Positions 37,540 through 47,379 of a stretch of 64,000 nt of DNA are shown piece after piece. The stretch lies in contig CALCZP010000003.1 in the NCBI GenBank assembly GCA_937903035.1, forward strand, positions 1,156-65,155, read 5' to 3'. Origin of the DNA: an uncultured bacterium. GTDB taxonomy: Bacteria > Patescibacteriota > Minisyncoccia > Phycocordibacterales > UBA9973. A model generated the notes under the pieces. The model saw nothing but the letters and a program-made list of their open reading frames with translations. It had not been told where the DNA came from and made no database searches. The position numbers and the translations under genes are program-made. The first letter of the stretch is position 1; every line of letters starts with the position of its first letter.

Positions 37540-38628
37540 TTACCACCCATTTGAACCAGGGCCTAAGCCACCACCAGTTGAGGTATAGCTAGTGCCTCCT
37601 GCGATAGGATTACCACCTTGAGAAGGACCGCCACTACGAATGATTGGTGTACCACTTTGAAATCCTTGGCCATAATATCCAGTAGATCTCCTGTTGCCAA
37701 AAACCAATTGAGTGCCAACATTCGCAATGAAACCTCCAACAGCGTTTGAAATAATGCCACCTGTTAGTGTCTCACCAAAAGTGTGATCAGTCTTCACGAC
37801 AATTTGCTGAGATCCAGCAGTACTTGCAGTAGTTCCTGAAGTAGCAACTTCTCTAATGTAGATATTACCGGCTGGTTGAACAGCAGAAGAAACAGTTGTT
37901 ACTCCTTTGTTTCCACAACATTGATTGGCATCTTCAACAGCTCTGAATGTTTGAAAATTCATCGCCATTAATGCTTGACCATCATAGAGTGCCAAGCGGT
38001 ACCCATTGATACCATTTTGTTCAATTGCCTTTCCAATACTGTACGGAACTTCTGGTGTCGTAGTGTTTAAGACAAGACTATTGTTGCCATTACTGGCAAG
38101 TGCAGTTGATCCAGTAGAAGTAGGTGCGGAAGTAGGCATAGAAGGAGGCGTGTAGACTGTTGTTGTTCCAGTACCAGTAGATGCAGGAGTAACAGCTCTA
38201 AATGCAGTAAGGTTTGCACATGAGAACGATAGCCAATAAATGCCTGTCGCTGTGTGATAGAAACCTTTCTCGCCATCATATGCATCACGCTTAAACCATT
38301 TAATATCACCACCACCGATGCCGTGCGTTTGCACCTTAACACCTGCAGGGAAATCCTTTACGGTAGAGTTTTGCATTGCAGCCTCAATTGAAGGTTCTTT
38401 CAATGTGTTTTTTACAAAGTTTTCAACCAAAACCAGATAGTCTTTTAACGGAATATTTGATTTAGCTTCAAATTTTGCAGCATTTTTGCCTGCCATAAAA
38501 CTTTCATAATCGTTACCAGTGAAGGCACCATAATGATCTTTTTGCAGAACACCTGTTTTTTGCTGACAGTAACTTTCCATATGTATGGCTAAAGCCATTA
38601 CAACAAGGAACATACATACTTTTTTCAT
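37540..38628 (-). CDS. Secreted Gly/Thr-rich hypothetical protein (362 aa)
   Basis: Signal peptide MKKVCMFLVVMALAIHMESYC and a low-complexity Gly-rich C-terminus. Confidence 0.45.
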   Translation of the reverse strand: MKKVCMFLVVMALAIHMESYCQQKTGVLQKDHYGAFTGNDYESFMAGKNAAKFEAKSNIPLKDYLVLVENFVKNTLKEPSIEAAMQNSTVKDFPAGVKVQTHGIGGGDIKWFKRDAYDGEKGFYHTATGIYWLSFSCANLTAFRAVTPASTGTGTTTVYTPPSMPTSAPTSTGSTALASNGNNSLVLNTTTPEVPYSIGKAIEQNGINGYRLALYDGQALMAMNFQTFRAVEDANQCCGNKGVTTVSSAVQPAGNIYIREVATSGTTASTAGSQQIVVKTDHTFGETLTGGIISNAVGGFIANVGTQLVFGNRRSTGYYGQGFQSGTPIIRSGGPSQGGNPIAGGTSYTSTGGGLGPGSNGW

Positions 38629-38779
38629 AATTATTGTTTTTAGTTTTTGAAAAATGTTGTTTTAGATTTGTATGTATCTTAGCATATATGACATCTTTTG
38701 TCAATGCCTTGCACATGCCTGTATTTTAGGGTCTGATTTACCCGCACAACCCACCGTTCTAGGGTATACTTGGTATACA

Positions 38780-40489
38780 ATGCTTCATTTTGATGAAAAT
38801 GCTCAAAACAAACGGGTCAATGATCTTCGTGATCGCGATGAGGAGAACTTGGTCGCAATGCTTGCACAAGATCGATACGGTATCCCCTACGCAGATCTCA
38901 GTTCAATGGCCATCGACAATGACGCCATCAGACTTCTCACCGAAAAAGATGCGCGAGAAATGGATGTTGGTCCGTACAAACTTATCGGAAAGCGACTCTC
39001 ACTCGCCGTACGCTCTCCTGTTGCAGATGGTGCAATCAAAGCTCGTGGCATGCTCGAGGGAATGGGCTATGAAGTCCAGTATGTAATGGCAAGTCGCAAG
39101 AGTATCGAAAAAGTTTGGAGTCGATACCAGGATCTCTCCTTTGCAACTACTAGTCGTGCCGGTGGACTTGATGTATCTGAAGACGTTCTCGAAAATCTCA
39201 GTAAAACCGTCAAAAACATCGACGATGCAATCCGTGAAATTGAATATGCTATAGCAGACACCTCTGCACACCACCTCTCGCGCATTCTCGAGATTATCCT
39301 TGGTGCAGGTATCGGTATTGGTGCCTCTGACGTACATATCGAGCCGATGCAAGATGAAGTTGAGCTTCGCTTTCGACTTGATGGCGTCCTTCGCGTTATT
39401 ACCAAGTTTGATCATCATACCTACAAACAAATCAATACCCGTATCAAACTTCTCTCGGGCCTCAAACTTACCATTGCGAGCAATCCCCAGGACGGGCGTT
39501 TTAGTGCATTTATGGGGAAAGACAGGGACCAGATCGAGATTAGCTTCCGAACTTCACTGATGCCTGGCGCCTATGGCGAAAGTATCGTGCTTCGTATCTT
39601 GAATCCAAAGTCTATCCGCGTTGAACTCGAAAGCATGGGTATCTCTTCACAAATGTATGAAATCTTTATGAAAGGTATTCATAAACCCAACGGTATGATC
39701 CTCCTCACCGGACCGACTGGAAGCGGTAAAACCACGAGTTTGTATGCCTTCTTGCAAAAAATCTATTCTCCTGAGCTCAAGATCATCACGATCGAAGACC
39801 CGATTGAATACCACCTCGCTGGTATCTCTCAGACACAAGTCGATCATAAAAAAGGTTACACGTTCCTTGAAGGACTTCGCAGTGCACTTCGTCAGGACCC
39901 TGATGTGGTAATGGTGGGAGAAATCCGCGACCCCGAGACTGCAAAGATTGCAGTCGAGTCTGCACTTACCGGTCACTTGGTGTTCTCAACACTCCACACT
40001 AACAATGCAGCCGGTGTGATTCCTCGCTTGATCGATCTTGATGTAAATCCGAACATTATGGTGTCTGCACTCACCCTCTCGATTGCACAACGTCTCGTGC
40101 GAAAACTTTGTAAAGAATGCAAGCACGAACGACCAGTGACTCCTGAAGAAAAAACATTGATCGAAAAACTCTGGGATGAAGCCATCACGAAAGGTAAAAA
40201 TATGGAGCAGTTTGGGGTGAAGCGCGATACACCAACTGTCTGGGAGGCAAAAGGTTGTGCTGCATGTGGCAACACCGGCTACAAAGGACGACTTGGTATT
40301 TTTGAAGTGATTCAAACCGATGAAGCGATCGAGAAAATCATTCCGACCAGTCCAAGCGAGCGCGACATCAAGACGATCGCTGACAAACAAGGCACACTCG
40401 ATATGCGCCAGGACGGGCTTGTGAAAATTCTCCAAGGCATCACTGACTTTGCCGAAGTTGAATCAGTCGTTGACTGGGCACAAAATTAA
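38780..40489 (+). CDS. pilB: Type IV pilus assembly / type II secretion ATPase (GspE/PilB family)
   Basis: GspE N-domain, Walker A LLTGPTGSGKTT, Asp box, Walker B, His box, tetracysteine motif (CKEC...CAAC). Start trimmed to MLHFDENAQ. Confidence 0.85.
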   Translation: MLHFDENAQNKRVNDLRDRDEENLVAMLAQDRYGIPYADLSSMAIDNDAIRLLTEKDAREMDVGPYKLIGKRLSLAVRSPVADGAIKARGMLEGMGYEVQYVMASRKSIEKVWSRYQDLSFATTSRAGGLDVSEDVLENLSKTVKNIDDAIREIEYAIADTSAHHLSRILEIILGAGIGIGASDVHIEPMQDEVELRFRLDGVLRVITKFDHHTYKQINTRIKLLSGLKLTIASNPQDGRFSAFMGKDRDQIEISFRTSLMPGAYGESIVLRILNPKSIRVELESMGISSQMYEIFMKGIHKPNGMILLTGPTGSGKTTSLYAFLQKIYSPELKIITIEDPIEYHLAGISQTQVDHKKGYTFLEGLRSALRQDPDVVMVGEIRDPETAKIAVESALTGHLVFSTLHTNNAAGVIPRLIDLDVNPNIMVSALTLSIAQRLVRKLCKECKHERPVTPEEKTLIEKLWDEAITKGKNMEQFGVKRDTPTVWEAKGCAACGNTGYKGRLGIFEVIQTDEAIEKIIPTSPSERDIKTIADKQGTLDMRQDGLVKILQGITDFAEVESVVDWAQN

Positions 40490-40494
40490 CAACA

Positions 40495-40522
40495 AAACCC
40501 TCTCAGGATTGAGAGGGTTTTG
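40495..40522 (+). terminator. Rho-independent terminator of pilB
   Basis: aaaaccctctc-aggatt-gagagggtttt. Confidence 0.7.
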
Positions 40523-40555
40523 TGAAGAATCAAAAAAGCATTAATCTCTAAACAG

Positions 40556-40582
40556 TCCGTATACGGACAAGGCCGTATACGT
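40556..40582. promoter_or_regulatory. Two copies of the palindromic motif CCGTATACGG in a 250-nt non-coding region upstream of ruvB (candidate operator or structured RNA)
   Basis: gtccgtatacggac is a perfect 14-bp palindrome, followed 4 nt later by ggccgtatacg. Confidence 0.35.
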
Positions 40583-40740
40583 AAAGAATAGTTGTAGGAT
40601 AGCACCAGTCGAAACCAGAACGTCCTTCGCGTAAGCTTAGAACCGGTGGCTGACTGCTTAGAGATTGATGCCTTCTTAACGAAGAGTGATAGAATGTCGG
40701 TGTAGCGATTTCTAGAGACAATATAGCATATCCTAAAATA

Positions 40741-41718
40741 ATGTCAAGTACTCCCACCCCACCACCAAAAGACGAGCAATTTAGCGACACTATCCTACGT
40801 CCTTCATCATTTGATGAGTATGTTGGCCAAGACCACATCAAAAAAAATCTCTGGGTACTCATTGGTGCTGCACAAGCACGGGGACAGACACCAGAACATG
40901 TTCTTTTTTATGGTCCACCAGGACTCGGCAAGACCACACTCGCTCATGTCATCGCCAAAGAAGTCGGTGCAAACCTTCGCATCACGTCCGGTCCCTCAAT
41001 TGAGCGAGTTGGCGACCTTGCAGCAATCCTCACCAACCTGCAGCCGGGTGATATGTTGTTTATCGACGAGATTCATCGTCTCAACAAATCCATCGAGGAG
41101 ATTCTCTACCCTGTTATGGAGACGGGTAAACTCGACATTATGATCGGCAAAGGTCCTTCAGCACGCACTGTCCAACTTGATCTTCCCCCATTCACCCTTG
41201 TGGGTGCAACTACTCGCTATGGCATGCTCTCAGCTCCCCTTCGTTCACGTTTCTCTGGTGGTGCATTTCGTTTAGAGTTTTATCAACCCGAAGAAATTGC
41301 CACCATCCTTGATCGTTCTGCAAAGATTCTTAATATTGAACTTCCTGCCGAGATGCTCGCATCTATTGCTGGGCGCAGTCGACAGACGCCACGCATCGCC
41401 AACTACCTCCTTCGTCGAGTACGGGACTATGCACAGATGCACAAGCTCGATATCGACCATGCGACAGTTTCCAAAGCATTTTCCATGCTCGGCCTCGATG
41501 ACAACGGCCTCTCATCGAACGATATCGCTATCATGAAAGCACTCCGTGATAAATTTAGCGGTGGTCCTGCTGGTATTAAAAACCTTGCAGCGGCGACTGG
41601 TGAAGATGAAGGAACGATTGAAGATGTAGTTGAGCCATACCTCATTCAACTCGGACTGATTGAGCGCACCCCTCGTGGTCGAGTACTCACTGACAAAGGT
41701 CGTGACTATCTCTCGTAA
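40741..41718 (+). CDS. ruvB: Holliday junction branch-migration helicase RuvB
   Basis: AAA+ Walker A GPPGLGKTT, Walker B LFIDEIHRL, sensor motifs, winged-helix C-terminus. Confidence 0.95.
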   Translation: MSSTPTPPPKDEQFSDTILRPSSFDEYVGQDHIKKNLWVLIGAAQARGQTPEHVLFYGPPGLGKTTLAHVIAKEVGANLRITSGPSIERVGDLAAILTNLQPGDMLFIDEIHRLNKSIEEILYPVMETGKLDIMIGKGPSARTVQLDLPPFTLVGATTRYGMLSAPLRSRFSGGAFRLEFYQPEEIATILDRSAKILNIELPAEMLASIAGRSRQTPRIANYLLRRVRDYAQMHKLDIDHATVSKAFSMLGLDDNGLSSNDIAIMKALRDKFSGGPAGIKNLAAATGEDEGTIEDVVEPYLIQLGLIERTPRGRVLTDKGRDYLS

Positions 41719-41719
41719 T

Positions 41720-42205
41720 ATGTCGACACTCCTTGCGATTGATCCTGGGTATGACCGGTGCGGCGTGGCACTCATCGATACAACAACGATACCTAGTCTA
41801 ATAAAGTCATGGTGCATCATCACCAATAAAAAAGACCCTCACAGTGTGCGCATTGCACAGATTTTTACAGAGCTTCAATTATCAATAGCTGAGTACCAAC
41901 CTGAAGCAATCGCATTAGAAACATTATTCTTTTCAGTAAACAAGAAAAGTGTCATGGCAGTTGCTGAAGCACGTGGGGTGATTAGCCTGATTGCAGGACT
42001 TCATACCATCCCCCTCATTGAGCTCTCACCGCAAGAAGTAAAGCTTGGTATGACAGGTACCGGCAATGCCGACAAAAAAATGGTTGAAAAAATGGTCGAG
42101 CTTACACTCAAGATTGATACAAAGAGCAAACTTGATGATGAAATCGACGCAATTGCGCTCGGTATGGCAGCAGCTGGGACACTCCGTCTTAAAAAAATGT
42201 CCTAA
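41720..42205 (+). CDS. ruvC: Crossover junction endodeoxyribonuclease RuvC
   Basis: N-terminus LAIDPGYDRCGVAL with the catalytic Asp, and RNase H-like fold. Start 1 nt after the ruvB stop. Confidence 0.85.
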   Translation: MSTLLAIDPGYDRCGVALIDTTTIPSLIKSWCIITNKKDPHSVRIAQIFTELQLSIAEYQPEAIALETLFFSVNKKSVMAVAEARGVISLIAGLHTIPLIELSPQEVKLGMTGTGNADKKMVEKMVELTLKIDTKSKLDDEIDAIALGMAAAGTLRLKKMS

Positions 42206-42281
42206 TACTCTTGCAAAGGAAAAGAGTATTTGATACAACTTATTGCATTAGAAAATTAGTAATAATAGTAACACCACCCCC

Positions 42282-42518
42282 ATGGATGATGAGACACCGG
42301 AAATCGTAGCAGAAGAAGAATTAGTAGAAGCAGGACTACACGCCGTCGAAGAGGGTGAAGAAGAAGTCTCCGAAATCGACCCTATCATTGATACCGATGA
42401 CCTTCTCGGTGAGAAAAAAAAGATTAGTGATGATACTGAGGAAGAAGAAGATCCTGAGTTAAGTGATGAAAAAGAAGTCGAAGATTATATGTTCGACGCA
42501 CTCTACGGAGATCGATAA
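42282..42518 (+). CDS. Hypothetical highly acidic small protein (78 aa, ~45% Asp/Glu)
   Basis: ORF with its own terminator. Acidic low-complexity sequence. Confidence 0.4.
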   Translation: MDDETPEIVAEEELVEAGLHAVEEGEEEVSEIDPIIDTDDLLGEKKKISDDTEEEEDPELSDEKEVEDYMFDALYGDR

Positions 42519-42520
42519 TG

Positions 42521-42549
42521 AAAAAACCCGCCACCGTGCGGGTTTTTTT
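42521..42549 (+). terminator. Rho-independent terminator
   Basis: aaaaaacccgc-caccgt-gcgggttttttt. Confidence 0.7.
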
Positions 42550-42614
42550 CTTGAGATTTTTTTGAAAGTACTTTTCTATACTAGAAGAAAATTGTTCACC
42601 ATAAACCACCTCAT

Positions 42615-43157
42615 ATGAAAAAGTATCTATTCTTTGTATGTAGTATTGCTTTCTTCTCATGCAGAAAAACACTTGTAGTAAAAGAATCATTTGATGAAAA
42701 CGGTACTGGTTGGCCGTATTACATCGTACGACATCCGATTGAGACACTCACTAACTCACTTGTCGGTGAATTCACGTTTGATGCAAAAATGTACGCAGCA
42801 ATTGGTCAGTCTATCGATGGAAATCATGGGGTTGATACCGTATATTTTGTAACTGCTCCTGTCCCACTTTCTCCTGCTCAAGCAGATGAACACTTTGATA
42901 AACGAGGATTCAAACTTGCTGGTGTCGGATATCTCCTTGGGGCAGCTCGCGAATATGCTGACTTGTTTAAACGACAGTATCGATTTCTCGCAGCAGGTAG
43001 TACGGGAAACCTCTCTACTTTTTATGGTGGTACTTCAACAGTAATCAAAAATGTTATGCTCTACACTGCAATCAATGGCCCTCCAACATTGTGGTGTCTG
43101 ACGAGTAATGCTGCACCTAATACGCAAACTGAGTACGCATGTTTTAGAAAACGATAA
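42615..43157 (+). CDS. Putative secreted lipoprotein, hypothetical
   Basis: Signal peptide with lipobox-like IAFFSC. Confidence 0.45.
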   Translation: MKKYLFFVCSIAFFSCRKTLVVKESFDENGTGWPYYIVRHPIETLTNSLVGEFTFDAKMYAAIGQSIDGNHGVDTVYFVTAPVPLSPAQADEHFDKRGFKLAGVGYLLGAAREYADLFKRQYRFLAAGSTGNLSTFYGGTSTVIKNVMLYTAINGPPTLWCLTSNAAPNTQTEYACFRKR

Positions 43158-43177
43158 CCGCCCTCGGGCGGTTTTTT
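43156..43177. terminator. Hairpin terminator between convergent genes
   Basis: aaccgccc-tcg-ggcggtt followed by T6. Confidence 0.55.
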
Positions 43178-43180
43178 GTT

Positions 43181-43564
43181 TTACTTTTTTTCTTCAAAAT
43201 CTAGACTCGCAGAATTAATACAGTATCGCTTCCCTGTTGTTTCTCTCGGACCATCATTAAATACATGCCCAAGATGTGCACCACAATTGGCACAGACTGC
43301 CTCGATACGACTCATACCATGCGTCGTATCCTCAATATACTTGATTGCATCGGCTTTGACTGGCTGGTCATAGGATGGCCATCCGGTACCTGAGTCGAAC
43401 TTGGTCTTTGCATCAAAAAGCGCTGCGCCACAGACCTTACACCGATACATACCATCAGCATGGTTATCCCAATACTTGTTGCGAAATGGTGCTTCAGTAC
43501 CCTTCTCTTGGGTTACGTAGCGTTCTTCATCACTGAGTGTTTTTAGCTTTTCTTCCTTGTTCAT
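43181..43564 (-). CDS. msrB: Peptide methionine sulfoxide reductase MsrB
   Basis: SelR motifs: zinc-binding CxxC pairs ([18 protein letters not shown]) and catalytic RYCINS. Confidence 0.9.
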   Translation of the reverse strand: MNKEEKLKTLSDEERYVTQEKGTEAPFRNKYWDNHADGMYRCKVCGAALFDAKTKFDSGTGWPSYDQPVKADAIKYIEDTTHGMSRIEAVCANCGAHLGHVFNDGPRETTGKRYCINSASLDFEEKK

Positions 43565-43688
43565 AGTATGGAGTATACGCTTGAAATAATTAAAAGTATT
43601 CCTCTAAAACCACAAAAATATTCTGCTGAATATTTTCTCCGTCCGTCGCCAGTCGCTCCTACCGAGGGTTTTTTCGCAATACCTTTAA

Positions 43689-44126
43689 TTATTTCGTCGC
43701 AAGTTTCTCTCGCTTCTCAGTACATTTTTCACAGCCACATCCTTTTGGCTTGATATGTTCGTTCCAATATTCCTTGCCATAGTCATAGAAAAGCTCTTCT
43801 CCTTCTTTGATATTGCGCTTCGCGTAGATAAAGACGCGCCCTTTGATGATGTCGACTTCACAGTTTGGACGACATGAGTGGTTTACATAGCGGGCAGTAT
43901 TTTTGCGGGTCGTACCATCGATATGACGAGTTTTGGTGGTCTGAAAGAGGTATCGCCCACCACGTCGATTTGCTTCATCCTCATCAATCACATCCCCGAT
44001 GTACTCAATAATACAGTCACCCTTTTTCATTGGTACCTTTGCAAAAAGTCCAAGACCGTTTACCCCTCGTTTAACAGCAAGCTCTTTTGGATATGTATAA
44101 ATAGGTGTTGATTTTGATACTGCCAT
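43689..44126 (-). CDS. SET-domain protein (putative protein-lysine methyltransferase)
   Basis: SET motifs GLGLFAKVPMKKGDCIIEYIG, NHSCRPNCEV, ELFYDYG; post-SET Cys cluster CGCEKC. Confidence 0.75.
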   Translation of the reverse strand: MAVSKSTPIYTYPKELAVKRGVNGLGLFAKVPMKKGDCIIEYIGDVIDEDEANRRGGRYLFQTTKTRHIDGTTRKNTARYVNHSCRPNCEVDIIKGRVFIYAKRNIKEGEELFYDYGKEYWNEHIKPKGCGCEKCTEKREKLATK

Positions 44127-44141
44127 AGTCGAGAGAGTATA

Positions 44142-44999
44142 TCATGCTTGCCATTTAGCATAGATACCTGTTGAAAGAATACGACCGCTGTTATTTTGCG
44201 CAATCCCAACATCACCATAAGAAATTGATCCATGGGGTAATGCCTCAGCGAGTATTTCACCAAATGTCCGTGCTGAGTACCCCGCAGCGTAGCCATTCAG
44301 TATCACAAGCTTTGCGTGTGGTGCTACAAGCTTTGGAAGTAAACTAACAAGCTCTGCGAGTGATTCTTCAATCTTCCATACTTCTCCTTTTGGACCACGA
44401 CCAAACGCTGGTGGATCCATCACAATGATATCGAATGTCTCCCCTCGTGTCACCAAACGCTTTGCGTATTTAAGCGCATCTTCACAAACCAGACGAATAC
44501 TATCTGCGGGGAGTTGTGAAAGCATCATATTCTCTTTCACTGTACTAATCGTTTGTTTTGAGGCATCAATATGCGTCACCTTTGCACCCGCTTGTGCAGC
44601 AACAATACTTGCAGCACCTGTATAACCAAACAAATTGAGCATTGTTAAACCCTGATTTTTATGCACAAGACTTGCTACTTCTTCCCATTGCGCTGCATGT
44701 TCAGGGAAAATACCGATATGCTTGAAATTGCCAAGTGCGATATGGAGCTTCATTTCAGTATATGAGAGTTCCCATGATTCAGGAGCTCCCTTGGTTATAC
44801 TCCACTTCTCTTTCTTATCGGTCCATGAAAATTGTGCCTGTGCATTATTCCAAAGATCAGGAGTTGATTTTGACCAAATTGCTTGTGGGTCAGGGCGATC
44901 AAGTATCATTGTTCCAAACCGTTCAAGTTTGCGATTATTTCCTGTATCGAGGAGTTCATAATCACCCCATGCTTTTGTAACAATATCGATTCGTTTCAT
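44142..44999 (-). CDS. Class I SAM-dependent rRNA methyltransferase (RlmI/RlmK-like catalytic domain)
   Basis: SAM motif NLFGYTGAASIVAAQAGAKVTHIDAS and the DPPAF catalytic motif (FDIIVMDPPAFGRG). Confidence 0.7.
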   Translation of the reverse strand: MKRIDIVTKAWGDYELLDTGNNRKLERFGTMILDRPDPQAIWSKSTPDLWNNAQAQFSWTDKKEKWSITKGAPESWELSYTEMKLHIALGNFKHIGIFPEHAAQWEEVASLVHKNQGLTMLNLFGYTGAASIVAAQAGAKVTHIDASKQTISTVKENMMLSQLPADSIRLVCEDALKYAKRLVTRGETFDIIVMDPPAFGRGPKGEVWKIEESLAELVSLLPKLVAPHAKLVILNGYAAGYSARTFGEILAEALPHGSISYGDVGIAQNNSGRILSTGIYAKWQA

Positions 45000-45008
45000 A
45001 TACTGAGA

Positions 45009-45923
45009 CTACTTCTTTTTTGAAAAAATCGTGTGAAATGCACCTGAAAGTGTCGGATGAGTAAATGTGAACCCTTTATCAATCAATCGACGAGGTTGTA
45101 CTTGCTGACTTTTAGTAAGTTCATCGAATAACTCTCCAAATAACCGCTTTGCAATAAATGGTGGCACAACACCAAGAACCTTTCGATGTACTGATTTGCC
45201 AAGCATTTGCATAAACATATGATGATGAATACGATCAGGCGCACAAGCGTTCACAACACCTTGCAGTGTCGTTGTTTCAAGTGCAAAAAGATATACTGCA
45301 ACAATATCATCTTCATGAATCCATGACATCCAAAAATCTTTTTTTGATAGCCGGAGGAGAAAGCCAAACTTTACTGTTTTCATCAATGAAGCAAGCATCC
45401 CACCTTGACCAATCACTGGTGCAGTACGGATAAGGACAGTGCGAACACCCGCAGATTCTGCCTTGATCGCTTCTTGTTCCCACAATGCAACAACATCTGA
45501 AAGAAAACCAGTACCCTTACTTCCCTGTTCATCAACAACTAATTCTCCTGTATCGCCATAGTATCCAATCGCTGATGCATTGATAAATGTAGTTGGGCGA
45601 CTTTGTGCAGCAACCAATGCCTCAACAAGTGTTTGAGTTGATCGAATACGACTCTCTTTGATGATGTTTTTATAGCTTGATGTCCATTTTTGCGAAATCG
45701 GTGCACCTATTAGATTGATAACAGCATCAGTCTTCTCAAGTACATTATATGGAAGGGCTTGCATTGAAAGATCACATTGAATAAAAAACAAGTTCTTGTC
45801 AGTAAAGCGGGGTGAACGAATATCAATAACAATAACCGTATACCCTTTGGCAATAAGCACCTTGGTGAGACTGGTTCCAATAAATCCTGATCCGCCAGCT
45901 AGTACAATAGTCATAAATGTCAT
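45009..45923 (-). CDS. NAD-dependent epimerase/dehydratase family protein (YfcH/TIGR01777-like with DUF1731-type C-terminus)
   Basis: Rossmann motif IVLAGGSGFIGTSL. ~300 aa, atypical SDR. Confidence 0.7.
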   Translation of the reverse strand: MTFMTIVLAGGSGFIGTSLTKVLIAKGYTVIVIDIRSPRFTDKNLFFIQCDLSMQALPYNVLEKTDAVINLIGAPISQKWTSSYKNIIKESRIRSTQTLVEALVAAQSRPTTFINASAIGYYGDTGELVVDEQGSKGTGFLSDVVALWEQEAIKAESAGVRTVLIRTAPVIGQGGMLASLMKTVKFGFLLRLSKKDFWMSWIHEDDIVAVYLFALETTTLQGVVNACAPDRIHHHMFMQMLGKSVHRKVLGVVPPFIAKRLFGELFDELTKSQQVQPRRLIDKGFTFTHPTLSGAFHTIFSKKK

Positions 45924-46161
45924 TCTACCACGGAGGTTTCCTTATATACTGCCATGCAACAAAAAACCATTCTCGTCATCTTTTACAAATTACCTAGATA
46001 GAGGTAGGATGCCGTCATATGGAAACGGTCGAAAAAATCCTTCTAAGTATTGGTAACTTTATCTTTTTTATCTTTTTAACCCTTCTTTTCTTACCTTCTT
46101 TTTTGATCGTAACCTATCTTGAAGGGGTATGGAAAAAGAAGCTTGGAGAGGTATTTGGACT

Positions 46162-47379
46162 CTAAGAAATCTTAATGAAGCGACTTTTACCTATCTTATA
46201 GGTTGAAAAATGAGGAATTTGTCGTGACTGTAGATCTGTCATTTTCTCTTTGGTCTCAAAATTCATAACCGCACCAGCTGCAATAAGTCTTCGCAATTCA
46301 CTTTTTGACCCAACGAACCCTTCTTCAAGGAGAATAGTTTCAAATGTTCGCCCATTTGCAGTAATAGTCTGTATATCCTGATCAACTTCTTTTTGTTGGA
46401 ATGTTGCAATAAATGATGCTTCAGCCCGAGATGCTAATACCTCACCATGAATCGATCGAGTAACTTCGTACGCGAGTCGCATTTTAATATCACGAGGATT
46501 GATACCTTTTTTTAATTCATCACTAATTGTTTCAATTTGTGACATTGTGTAGTCAGTACAAAGTTCAAATCCAGGAATGATCAATCCATCAGTCCAACTC
46601 ATGATCTTGCCATAGATATCCTGTGGTGTATCAATCATACTGATCATATTTCCTGTAGTCTTACCCATTTTTGCACCTGTTGAGTCTTCAAGGAGTTTTG
46701 TTGTAATAACGAATTTATCCTTATTTTTCAATTGTTTTAGAAGTGTTCGTCCGGTTAACATATTGAAAAGTTGGTCGTTACCACCGACTTCACCATCAAC
46801 ATCCATCATGACTGAGTCATACCCTTGCATGAGTGGGTACATAAATTCATGAATATAAATTGGCTTATCTTCAGCGATACGGCGTGCAAACATATCGCGC
46901 TTGAGCATCTGATCCACTGTCATATGTGATGCAAGATTAAGCACCTCAGCAAACTTCATTTTGCCAAGCCATTTATTATTGAATTTAACCACCGCAGCAT
47001 TCGTTCCTGAAAAGCGAATAAACTTACTTGCTTGTTTTTTGTAGAGTTTTAAATTTGTTTTAATCTCTTTCTCAGTAAGAGGCTTACGAGCAGAAAGTTT
47101 ATCTGGATCACCAATACGTGCAGTGAAATCTCCAATCAAGAAAATAATCTTGTGTCCAAGGTCTTGAAAATGTCTGAGCTTGCGAAGTTGGATTGCATGA
47201 CCAATATGGAGGGTTGGAGCAGTTGGGTCAAAACCTGCATAAATACTCAACTTCTTTCCTGAGAGCAACAATGACTCCAAAAAACCCTTACTTGGCAAAA
47301 TATCTGCGACTCCTTTTGAAAGGAGTAGTTCGATGCGCTCATGTTTTTCCATATTGGCTGATTGTAGCATTTTTTCCAT
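46162..47379 (-). CDS. tyrS: Tyrosine--tRNA ligase with C-terminal S4 domain
   Basis: HIGH (TLHIGHAI) and KMSKS-type (KMGKTTGN) motifs, Tyr-binding residues, S4-like C-terminus. Confidence 0.9.
   Translation of the reverse strand: MEKMLQSANMEKHERIELLLSKGVADILPSKGFLESLLLSGKKLSIYAGFDPTAPTLHIGHAIQLRKLRHFQDLGHKIIFLIGDFTARIGDPDKLSARKPLTEKEIKTNLKLYKKQASKFIRFSGTNAAVVKFNNKWLGKMKFAEVLNLASHMTVDQMLKRDMFARRIAEDKPIYIHEFMYPLMQGYDSVMMDVDGEVGGNDQLFNMLTGRTLLKQLKNKDKFVITTKLLEDSTGAKMGKTTGNMISMIDTPQDIYGKIMSWTDGLIIPGFELCTDYTMSQIETISDELKKGINPRDIKMRLAYEVTRSIHGEVLASRAEASFIATFQQKEVDQDIQTITANGRTFETILLEEGFVGSKSELRRLIAAGAVMNFETKEKMTDLQSRQIPHFSTYKIGKSRFIKIS

Noticed and set aside
39986-40435. Minus-strand ORFs inside pilB (39986-40435, 39647-39976, 38999-39430)
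   Set aside because: They are antisense to a gene with an unambiguous GspE ATPase motif set.
40531-40740. Possibility that the pilB-ruvB intergenic region is RNase P RNA, SRP RNA or tmRNA
   Set aside because: No universally conserved motif of those RNAs is visible (SRP domain IV GGAAGCAGCC-like, RNase P P4 AGGAAAGUCC, tmRNA tag frame). It is too short for RNase P RNA or tmRNA. It is kept only as an unspecified ncRNA or operator candidate.
40548-40862. Minus-strand ORF spanning the ruvB upstream non-coding region
   Set aside because: It overlaps the ruvB start and has no features. The region is better explained as a regulatory or ncRNA candidate.
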